A stretch of 64,000 nt of DNA from Gammaproteobacteria bacterium (lineage in GTDB: Bacteria > Pseudomonadota > Gammaproteobacteria > Steroidobacterales > Rariloculaceae), in the NCBI GenBank assembly GCA_022825505.1, contig JAJDWR010000036.1, positions 6,034-70,033 on the forward strand, read 5' to 3'. A model generated the notes under the pieces. The model was not told the origin of the DNA. It saw nothing but the letters and a program-made list of their open reading frames with translations, and did no database searches. Of this stretch, positions 1-7,622 are shown one piece after another (the first letter of the stretch is position 1; each line of letters starts with the position of its first letter). Made by a program: the position numbers and the translations under genes.

Positions 1-1
1 C

Positions 2-2104
2 TATGACCTGCCCACCGGCCGCGATGCCGGGGTCGAAGACACCGCACTGGAAGACGCCCTGCAGGTCATCGGCCGGCATGAAGGCATCGAATTCAGGATT
101 CCGGTGCGCTCCCGATCTTCCGATTCGGTGATCGGCCTCACGGACGTTCTAGATTCTTCAGGCGTCCGTGCCCGGCGCGTGCGATTCAGGGCCGAGGGGA
201 GCTGGTGGCGCGGCGACAGCAACGCACTGCTGGCATTTCGCTCCGGAGACGGGCAGCCCGTCGCGCTGTTGCCGGGCATGTTCGGGCGCTACCGCGAAGT
301 CGATCCCGTCAGCAAGCGCAGCGTCCGGCTGACGGCGGCTCGGGCCGAAGCGCTGCAGCAGGAAGCCTGGATGTTCTATCGGCCATTGCCGCCGGAGAAT
401 GTGAAACCGGCGGACCTGCTGCGAATCGCCCTGCATGGAGCGGGCGCGGACCTGGTGCGGCTGGTGATCGCCGGGCTGCCGGGCGGCCTCATCAAACTGC
501 TGCCGGCGCTCGCGCTCGGGTTCGTTGCCAATCACATCGCGGCCGGCGGAAGCGCCGGAGCGCTCTATGCAGTGGCCGTGACGCTGGCGGCGTTCGGCCT
601 GCTCGGCGCGCTGCTGCACCTGGCGCAGAGTTCGGCGATGATGCGGCTGGAGGGGCGCTCGGCCTCAAGGGTTGAAGCGGCCTTCTGGGACCGCCTCATG
701 CGACTTCCGTCAAGCATTCTGCACCGCCATCCGGCCGGCGACCTGGCCATGTCGGGAATGACGTTTCAAAATCTGCGCGATGGCCTGCAGGGCGTCATCG
801 CCGACAGTGTGCTTTCGCTCGTTTTTCTGCTGCCAGTCTTTGCCGTCATCTTTTTCTACGATGCCGCTCTCGGGACCGTCACCCTGGTCTTCAGCCTGAT
901 TTCGCTGCTGGTCACCGTCGCTATCGGGTTGCGCCAGATTGCACCCCATGGGCGGATGATCGGCGCGATTCGCCGCGTAGCGGGCCGCCTGTTCCAGATT
1001 GTGGGCGGTATCGCCAAGCTGCGCGTGGAAAACGCGGAAGGGTCGGCGTTCGCCATGTGGGCCGAGGATTACAGGGAGCAGAAACGCGCAGAGCTCCAAC
1101 TGGGCGTGCTCGAGGGGCATGCGAGGGCCTTTGGCGCCGCGCTGCCCCTGGTTGCCGGCGGCGTGCTGCTGCTCGCAGTGGCAACGGTGAGCGACCGGAA
1201 TGTCCCAGTGGGCGACTTTCTGGTCATTTACACCGTCTTCATCGCCTTTCAGTACGCCATTGCCCGGCTAGGCGAGTCCTTCGGCACCACTGCCTCCATG
1301 CTGCCGGCGTTTGACCAGATGCGCCCGCTGCTGGCCACGATTCCCGAGTCAGCGGCCGGGGGAGAGCCGGTAGGCCGTCTGGGCGGCGACGTGCTGTTCG
1401 ACCGCATTTCCTTCCGCTACGATCCCGACGGCCCGCTGATACTGGACGATGTCACGATTCGCGCCCGTCCCGGCGAGTTCATCGCCATTGCCGGGGAGTC
1501 CGGCGCCGGCAAGAGCACGCTGTTCCGCCTTGCGCTTGGCATCGACACGCCAGCGGCCGGCGCAGTGTATTACGACGGCCGCGACCTGAGGCACCTGAAC
1601 CTGAAGCAGTTGCGCCGCAAGATCGGTGCGGTTCCGCAGTCGGTGCGGCTGCATCCCCAGGATATCTGGGACAACATCGTCGCGCACCACGAAGGGCCGA
1701 CCACCGAAGAAGTGTGGCAGACGGCCCGCGCCGCCGGAATCGAAAAGGAAATCAAGGCGATGCCCATGGGGATGATGACCATGGTCGGGGCCAGCGGGGC
1801 GGTCCTCTCGGGGGGCGAGAGTCAGCGCGTCACCATCGCCCGTTCGCTGCTCGGCAGCCCGCGCGTCATGCTGCTGGACGAGGCAACCAACTGGCTCGAC
1901 AACGAAAACCAGGCCGAGGTCATGCAGAACCTGGCGCTGCTCACCTCCACCCGAATCGTGATCGCCCACCGCCTGTCCACGCTGGAGCAGGCTGACCGCA
2001 TCTACGTGCTGCAGGCCGGGAGGGTCGTGCAAAAGGGCTCATTCGAGGATCTGATGGAGGTTGACGGGGTATTCAGAAGGTTGGTCAAGAGGCAGATCGC
2101 CTGA
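2..2104 (+). CDS. Bacteriocin/RiPP-type ABC exporter, fused permease + ATPase (NHLM-system-like); 5' end at or just beyond the window edge
   Basis: The frame is open from nt 2; the first in-window start is GTG 104. A hydrophobic TMD half is followed by Walker A GESGAGKST, signature LSGGESQR, Walker B VMLLDEAT and H-loop IAHR. No C39 peptidase motif in the part present. Directly upstream of the YcaO/NHLP genes. Confidence 0.85.
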   Translation, partial: YDLPTGRDAGVEDTALEDALQVIGRHEGIEFRIPVRSRSSDSVIGLTDVLDSSGVRARRVRFRAEGSWWRGDSNALLAFRSGDGQPVALLPGMFGRYREVDPVSKRSVRLTAARAEALQQEAWMFYRPLPPENVKPADLLRIALHGAGADLVRLVIAGLPGGLIKLLPALALGFVANHIAAGGSAGALYAVAVTLAAFGLLGALLHLAQSSAMMRLEGRSASRVEAAFWDRLMRLPSSILHRHPAGDLAMSGMTFQNLRDGLQGVIADSVLSLVFLLPVFAVIFFYDAALGTVTLVFSLISLLVTVAIGLRQIAPHGRMIGAIRRVAGRLFQIVGGIAKLRVENAEGSAFAMWAEDYREQKRAELQLGVLEGHARAFGAALPLVAGGVLLLAVATVSDRNVPVGDFLVIYTVFIAFQYAIARLGESFGTTASMLPAFDQMRPLLATIPESAAGGEPVGRLGGDVLFDRISFRYDPDGPLILDDVTIRARPGEFIAIAGESGAGKSTLFRLALGIDTPAAGAVYYDGRDLRHLNLKQLRRKIGAVPQSVRLHPQDIWDNIVAHHEGPTTEEVWQTARAAGIEKEIKAMPMGMMTMVGASGAVLSGGESQRVTIARSLLGSPRVMLLDEATNWLDNENQAEVMQNLALLTSTRIVIAHRLSTLEQADRIYVLQAGRVVQKGSFEDLMEVDGVFRRLVKRQIA

Positions 2105-2135
2105 GCCGGGCCGATCGACCGCCGGTTTTGCGCGA

Positions 2136-3515
2136 ATGAAGGAACCAGCCAACGCAACGGAACGTCTTCTCCTCAAGGCTGCGAATGACAGCGAGTACCG
2201 CGCGCGCCTGCTCGCGCATCCAAGGGATGCGATAGAACAGGAATTCGGCGTGGCGCTGGCCGAAGGCCATGAAATTCACGTGCACGAAGAAACCGATGGT
2301 GCGACGCACCTGGTGCTGCCGCCGAAGAGCCGGTTCAGCGAGGAAGAACGCGAGGCAGCGAGGACAGGCGCGTCCTCGCTCGAGTTCCTGAAGAAGACGA
2401 TGTACGACCCGGCCCCTCCAATGCGCCCACCTGCCGGGGAAGCGACGGCTGCCGGAAAAGCAGCGGGTGACAGGGAAGCGGTGACTGAGGGGGAAGCGGC
2501 GGTGGCCGGCAGAGCCTCGGCTGCGGGGGTGGGTTCCCTTGACAACGAGGCGTTGGGGAAGGCCGGCAGGGAGAGCATCCGCCGCGGACTCGCGTTCCTG
2601 GGATCCACAATCGACGAGAACGGGGCCTGGCACTGCATCCGGTTCAACATCGCCGACCCGGACATACCGCGGCATTTCGAGCGGCCACCGTTCGTTTCGG
2701 CATTCTGCGTTCTGGCCCTGGAAAGCAGCAACGAGCCGCGCGCCAGGGCCATCTGCGCCGCCACGCGGGGGTACCTTGCCGACACCATGGAATACCCGGG
2801 ATTCTGGCGCTACTACCGCCATCTCCCCCAGGATCTCGACAGTACGGCGCTCTGTTCGCTGGTCATCGGGAATCACCCCTGGATTCTGCTGGAAAGGAAC
2901 GTTCCCCGGATGCTGGCGAATCGCGACGAGAAGGGTTGCTTCATGACATGGGTGCTGGCGGAACACGAACCCAATGTCGTGGCGACCTTCCGCATTGAAG
3001 CCGACCCGGTAGTCAATGCGAACGTCATCGCGTACCTGGGCGACGGGCCCGATACCCGGGATGCCCAGCGATGGCTGGAAGCCATGATTGTCGAAGACCG
3101 GCTAGAGGGCGCCTCCAAGTGGTATCCGGACAAGGCCGCGATCTACTACGCAACCACCCGGGCCATGATCCGCGCGCGGCCCGCCCTGGAAGCACTTCGA
3201 CCGATACTCGCGGATCGCATTCTCGGCCTGCGTGACCCGAGGGGAGAATTCGGCGACATCCTTCAGACTGCTCAGGCGATGTCGGCGCTCTACAATATCG
3301 GCAGCCTTGGACGCATCGACGCGAGACACGGAGTGGAGAGGTTCATCGGTTCGCAACGTGACGACGGCAGCTGGCCGGAGTTGCTCGCGTTCGGCGACCA
3401 ATCGCTGAATTGGGGCACAGTGGGGCAGATCGGACATGGCTCCGAGGCCGTGACGACTGCGTTTTGTATCGAAGCCCTGGAGCGTCTCGTCGAAACCCTG
3501 GAAGATGCAGGCTGA
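2136..3515 (+). CDS. Two-domain protein: NHLP-leader-like N-terminal domain, Ala/Gly/Pro/Glu-rich linker, prenyltransferase/squalene-cyclase-repeat (alpha/alpha toroid) C-terminal domain
   Basis: ATG 2136 (the track start at 2061 overlaps the ABC gene). aa 1-78 align ungapped and in register with aa 1-78 of the 7107..7358 precursor (25/78 identical by hand count). The C-terminal ~330 aa carries repeats such as GLAFLGSTIDENGAWHC, FVSAFCVLALE, RFIGSQRDDGSWPE and TTAFCIEALE, typical of PFTB/SHC-type repeats. Confidence 0.7.
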   Translation: MKEPANATERLLLKAANDSEYRARLLAHPRDAIEQEFGVALAEGHEIHVHEETDGATHLVLPPKSRFSEEEREAARTGASSLEFLKKTMYDPAPPMRPPAGEATAAGKAAGDREAVTEGEAAVAGRASAAGVGSLDNEALGKAGRESIRRGLAFLGSTIDENGAWHCIRFNIADPDIPRHFERPPFVSAFCVLALESSNEPRARAICAATRGYLADTMEYPGFWRYYRHLPQDLDSTALCSLVIGNHPWILLERNVPRMLANRDEKGCFMTWVLAEHEPNVVATFRIEADPVVNANVIAYLGDGPDTRDAQRWLEAMIVEDRLEGASKWYPDKAAIYYATTRAMIRARPALEALRPILADRILGLRDPRGEFGDILQTAQAMSALYNIGSLGRIDARHGVERFIGSQRDDGSWPELLAFGDQSLNWGTVGQIGHGSEAVTTAFCIEALERLVETLEDAG

Positions 3516-5853
3516 TCCGGCTCGGAAGTCCCGGGTGAAGTTCCCCACGGACACGAACATCCGGCAGGGGATCCTGCTCAGGACGACTCCCGGGGACCAG
3601 GGCCTCGTCAGGCTGCCTGCGCTTGCTCCGCACCTGCAGTTTCGCACCATTGGCGAAGAGCGGACGCTGCTGGTATCGGAGTCCTTCAATACGCTGCTGC
3701 ACGGCAGGCTGTACCCCGATCTGCTGCCGCTGCTGGACGGCCGCCTCGCGCAGGAGAAGATTGCCGCCAGGCTTGCGGACACCCATGCCGCTGCCGATGT
3801 GCTTGCAGCCATCGTTTCGCTGACGGCCAAGGGCTACGTCGTCTCTGCCGAACATGGCATGGAGGCGGCCCGGGCGGCCTACTGGTCGTCACTGGGTGCG
3901 TCGCCGCGCTGGGTCGAACAGCGGCTCGTGGAATCGCGTGTGGCGGTTGAAGGGGACGGCGGACGGCTGGCCGGGCACCTTGAAGCGTCCGGCGCCCGGG
4001 TGGGAACCGACGATCCCGCGCTCACCGTCATCGTCTGCGAGGACTATCTCGAAGAAGAGTTCGTCGATGTCAATCGGCGGCAGATGGAGCTGGGCGCACC
4101 GTGGATGCTGGTGCGGCCCCGCGGAATCGAACCGCTGTTCGGCCCGGTCTTCCGCCCGCACGAACAAGGGCCCTGTTGGGCGTGCCTGGCCTACCGCCTG
4201 CGCAGCCACCGGGAAGTACACAATTTCCTGCGCAACCTTGGCGGCGAGGAGGCTGCCTTCAGGCCGTTTGCGGCGAATCCGACTGTGCTCGAAGCAGTCT
4301 ACGGGCTGACCGCGGCGGAGATCGCCAAGTGGCTGGTGCTGGACGAGACGGCCCCGATTCACGCACAGGCGATCACCATGAATGTCGGCACGTTCGCAAG
4401 TTCCCGGCACCCGGTGATGCGCCGGCCGCAGTGTCCGGCCTGCGGCGACGAAGCGTTGCATCGGCCGGACCGGCCGCCGGTCCCGCTGAACCTCAGGGCG
4501 AGCCCCAAGGCCCACCTGAACAGCGGCGGCGCACGCACGGTGGCGCCGGAAGTCACCCTGGCAAGGTACCGTCACCTGGTGAGTCCGGTCAGCGGAGTCG
4601 TGACCTGGCTCAGGCGCACGACCGACGAGACCGATTCCTGGCTGCACGTCTATTGGGCCGGAAGCAATCTCGGCATGAGAAGCCGGACCCTGGGTTCGCT
4701 GAGGCGCAGCCTGCGCAGCAAGAGCGCCGGCAAGGGCAGCACCCGGGAGCAGTCCGAGGTCAGCGCGCTCTGCGAGGCGGTGGAGCGCTATTCGGGCGCC
4801 CTGCATGGCGAGGAGATCCGTCTGCGCAGGCGATTCAGCGAATTCGCCGGCGGGGACGAAGCGATACACCCCAACGAGGTGCAGCTTTTCAGCGACCATC
4901 AGCTCGATAACGCAGCAGGCATCAATGCGAAAGGCCACCCTTACAATGTCGTCCCCCCGCGTCTTGACCTCGATGCCGAGATCGACTGGACACCGGTGTG
5001 GTCGCTGACCCGGGAGCGGCATCGCTACCTGCCCACGTCGATGCTCTACAGCATGGCGCCCGAACAGCGCGGCACCGCCGACCTGATCGCCGATTCCAAC
5101 GGCTGCGCCGCGGGCAATACGCTGGAAGAGGCCATCCTGCAGGGCTTTTACGAACTGGTGGAGCGCGATGCGTTCGGTATCTGGTGGTACAACCGGCTGC
5201 GGATGCCCGCGGTCGATCTGGCCGGCTTCGACGACGAGTACCTGGCATCGGCCGCCGACTACTACGCCCGCTGCGAGCGGGACGTATGGATGCTCGACGT
5301 GACCGCCGATATCGGCATCCCGACGTTCGTGGCGTTGTCACGCAGGCCGGACGGTGAAACCGAGGACATCATTTACGGCGCCGGCGCCCACGCCGACCCG
5401 CGTATCGCGGCACTGCGTGCGATCTGCGAACTGAACCAGTGCCTGACCTGGCTGCCGCGGCCCGGCGGCCGGGACGGCCGGCCGATGATCGACGACCCCC
5501 TGGCGCTCCAGTGGTGGAAAACCGCCCGACTCGCCGACTGCCGCTGGCTGGCACCTCCGGCGGATGCGCCCTTGCGCGATCCCTCGATTTATCCGGTAAC
5601 AGACTCGACGGACGCGCGTGACGACGTGGAGCATTGCCGCGCCCTTGTAGAAGCCAGGGGCATGGAGTTCCTGGTACTGGATCAGACCCGGCCCGACATC
5701 GGCATGCCCGTGGTGCGGGTCATCGTGCCGGGCATGCGCCACTTCTGGGCGCGGTTCGCGCCCGGGCGCCTCTACGACGTGCCGGTGAGCCTGGGCCGTC
5801 GCGAATGCCCCCTCGCCGAAGCCGAATTGAATCCGACTCCCGTCATCGCATGA
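3505..5853 (+). CDS. Fused TOMM cyclodehydratase: E1/ThiF-like (SagC-type) N-terminal domain + YcaO (SagD-type) domain
   Basis: Paired CxxC motifs (GPCWAC, QCPACG) in the N-terminal ~330 aa. YcaO motifs GKGSTREQSEVSALCEAVERYSG, NGCAAGNTLEEAILQGFYELVERDA and VVRVIVPGM. Pro-rich C-terminus LNPTPVIA. The ATG overlaps the upstream stop by 11 nt. Confidence 0.9.
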   Translation: MQADPARKSRVKFPTDTNIRQGILLRTTPGDQGLVRLPALAPHLQFRTIGEERTLLVSESFNTLLHGRLYPDLLPLLDGRLAQEKIAARLADTHAAADVLAAIVSLTAKGYVVSAEHGMEAARAAYWSSLGASPRWVEQRLVESRVAVEGDGGRLAGHLEASGARVGTDDPALTVIVCEDYLEEEFVDVNRRQMELGAPWMLVRPRGIEPLFGPVFRPHEQGPCWACLAYRLRSHREVHNFLRNLGGEEAAFRPFAANPTVLEAVYGLTAAEIAKWLVLDETAPIHAQAITMNVGTFASSRHPVMRRPQCPACGDEALHRPDRPPVPLNLRASPKAHLNSGGARTVAPEVTLARYRHLVSPVSGVVTWLRRTTDETDSWLHVYWAGSNLGMRSRTLGSLRRSLRSKSAGKGSTREQSEVSALCEAVERYSGALHGEEIRLRRRFSEFAGGDEAIHPNEVQLFSDHQLDNAAGINAKGHPYNVVPPRLDLDAEIDWTPVWSLTRERHRYLPTSMLYSMAPEQRGTADLIADSNGCAAGNTLEEAILQGFYELVERDAFGIWWYNRLRMPAVDLAGFDDEYLASAADYYARCERDVWMLDVTADIGIPTFVALSRRPDGETEDIIYGAGAHADPRIAALRAICELNQCLTWLPRPGGRDGRPMIDDPLALQWWKTARLADCRWLAPPADAPLRDPSIYPVTDSTDARDDVEHCRALVEARGMEFLVLDQTRPDIGMPVVRVIVPGMRHFWARFAPGRLYDVPVSLGRRECPLAEAELNPTPVIA

Positions 5854-5862
5854 GGAAGCGAC

Positions 5863-6981
5863 ATGGACATTGACCGGGCAGTGACGCTGACCGAGGACCG
5901 TCTCGCAGAGGAAGGCGGCACCATGGGTGACCTGCTTGGGCACTTTCGAAACAGGATTTCTCCGATTCTCGTCGGCAACTCGGAATGGGAACGCATACTC
6001 CAGTGCGCGGGCAGACTTCCGGGCACCATGGCCGCCCTTCCCTTCGGCTTTGAACTGCCGCTGCACGAGCCCCGGCCGGTGGCGGATTTCGGAGCGTCGC
6101 TGGCCAGCGGAACACGAACGGCGGCATTTTTCGAAGCGCGCGCGCGCACCGGCGAGGCCGATGAGACGGCCAGATCGATTACCCGTCTGTTCAGGGAAAT
6201 GGAAGCCGAACACTCGCCCCTGCGCGAGATCGTCGGCCGCAAGCTGATGCTTGAATATGACATCGGCTCGGCGCAGGACGGTGGGCGCTCCGACCCGGCG
6301 CTGTTCCTGCGGCCCGGCGAACGCCCGATCATCGGCGGCGGCGGCCAGTTGGGCGATGTCCGCACGGTAGTCGATGCGCTGGTTGACTGCGCAGGCTGGG
6401 AGCGCAACGACGCCGAGCGGAAGAACGTCGAACGGGCCTACCTGGCCCAGCCGGGCGATACGCGCCTGGATTCGTTCGGCGTCTTCCCGTCGCGCTCGCG
6501 GTCGATCCGCCTGGCGGTCATGGGCTTCCGGACGCAGCAGGAAGCGTGCGTCTATCTCGAAAACACGGGCTGGCCAGGCCGGATTTCGGCGGTCGACGCG
6601 GTGATTTCACGCTTCAGGGAACGCGCGAATATCGTCAGGACCGGAGTCAATATCGATGTGCGCAAAGAGGGTCTCGGACCGACGCTCGGCCTGACACTGA
6701 TCGTCAAGCAGCGGTATACGAAGGACTCGCGCTACTGGCTCGACGGCCTGACCGACTGGGATCCGTTCCTGGACGCGTTGGGCCACGAAGACCTGGTCGT
6801 TCCGGAGAAGCTTGAGGCGGTCGCCGGCTGGGTTTCGAATCCGACCGCCCTGTTTGCGAAGACCGGGCGCTTCGTACTGCTGCGCGGCATCCACCACATC
6901 AAACTGGTCATTTCAGGCAACCGGCTCAGCAAGGCCAAGGCTTACGTGTTCCTCGTGCTCTCCGGCGCGGTCTCCTCCTGA
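5863..6981 (+). CDS. Hypothetical protein of the RiPP operon (no motif recognised; possible five-fold beta-beta-alpha-alpha repeat)
   Basis: The ATG lies 10 nt after the YcaO stop, with AGGAAG upstream. Coding-like composition, same strand, tightly packed. No nitroreductase/SagB-like, radical-SAM or protease motif seen. Confidence 0.65.
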   Translation: MDIDRAVTLTEDRLAEEGGTMGDLLGHFRNRISPILVGNSEWERILQCAGRLPGTMAALPFGFELPLHEPRPVADFGASLASGTRTAAFFEARARTGEADETARSITRLFREMEAEHSPLREIVGRKLMLEYDIGSAQDGGRSDPALFLRPGERPIIGGGGQLGDVRTVVDALVDCAGWERNDAERKNVERAYLAQPGDTRLDSFGVFPSRSRSIRLAVMGFRTQQEACVYLENTGWPGRISAVDAVISRFRERANIVRTGVNIDVRKEGLGPTLGLTLIVKQRYTKDSRYWLDGLTDWDPFLDALGHEDLVVPEKLEAVAGWVSNPTALFAKTGRFVLLRGIHHIKLVISGNRLSKAKAYVFLVLSGAVSS

Positions 6982-7058
6982 CATCGGTCTGAAACGCCCA
7001 CAACAAACCCCACCCGCCCCGCAAGGGGCCGATGGGGGCATGGGTTAAGGCTATGTTC

Positions 7059-7108
7059 GAATGCAGGCAGTTCTGCATTCTGGCCGGCTGTCGCCGGCTG
7101 CCGGTTTT
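7059..7108. terminator. Putative bidirectional terminator between the convergent RiPP operon and the precursor gene
   Basis: Perfect 8-bp hairpin GAATGCAG-N6-CTGCATTC (7059..7080). Then GCCGGC-TGTC-GCCGGC (7083..7098), followed on the + strand by a short T run (7105..7108). No long U-tract on the minus side. Confidence 0.35.
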
Positions 7109-7358
7109 ACCAGCAACAGCAGAGTCCGGCGGAGATCGCTTCGAGCTGCTCCTCGGTGATGTTGGGATCCGGCGGCAGCGCAAGATGGACCGTCTGCATG
7201 TCACTCTCGTGCACCTTGACCGTCATCGACTCGGGAATCGTGATGCCCAATTCCTCGCTGATGGTCGCCTTCGGATCGGAAAGTAGCGCCTGACGGAAAT
7301 CTTCATCCAGGGCCGACTTCTCAACGATCTGCTGTAACATTTCGTCGCCACTTCGCAT
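7107..7358 (-). CDS. NHLP (nitrile-hydratase-leader-peptide) family RiPP precursor; predicted core LCCCW
   Basis: 83 aa, with AGGAG 6 nt upstream of the ATG. Leader pattern DFRQALLSDPKATISEELGITIPESMTVKVHESDMQTVHLALPP. Double-glycine-type spacing in ITEEQLEAISAG (I -4, L -7, I -12). The protein ends ...AG-LCCCW-TAA. Adjacent to the YcaO cyclodehydratase and ABC exporter. Confidence 0.85.
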   Translation of the reverse strand: MRSGDEMLQQIVEKSALDEDFRQALLSDPKATISEELGITIPESMTVKVHESDMQTVHLALPPDPNITEEQLEAISAGLCCCW

Positions 7359-7397
7359 CGCTTGCTCCTAAATCAAACCAATACAACGGATCACGTC

Positions 7398-7438
7398 CGG
7401 GATGCGAGTAATATCCCGCAACTGCGGTAACTTCACAA
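7398..7438 (-). promoter_or_regulatory. Candidate sigma70 promoter and overlapping inverted repeat upstream of the precursor gene
   Basis: On the minus strand: TTGTGA (7438..7433), 17 nt spacer, GATATT (7415..7410), about 50 nt upstream of the ATG. The inverted repeat CGGGAT-N9-ATCCCG (7398..7418) overlaps the -10. The region is AT-richer than its flanks. Confidence 0.3.
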
Positions 7439-7622
7439 GCGTATTTTCTTATATCGCCGGTTAATTTTTCCAATAGCAACAGTTCGCAAGACACAACCCC
7501 AAATCACTTGTTTCTGCTGGCAACATTCGCCTGCCGAACGTCCTTCCAGCGACTTGTGGTGAGATTTACGGTTTCAGGGAATCACGGTACTATGAAAAAA
7601 ATCCATCGCGGGACCCAGCCGG

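Noticed and set aside
2061-2135. Track start (GTG 2061) for the leader-toroid protein, giving an extra 25 aa
   Set aside because: It overlaps the end of the ABC gene and adds an Arg/Gly/Pro-rich tail. ATG 2136 instead puts the protein in exact register with Met1 of the precursor.
5863-6981. Possibility that the 372-aa protein is the missing SagB-type azoline dehydrogenase
   Set aside because: I could see no nitroreductase-fold features or FMN-binding pattern, and the predicted strand/helix periodicity looks different. Left as unknown.
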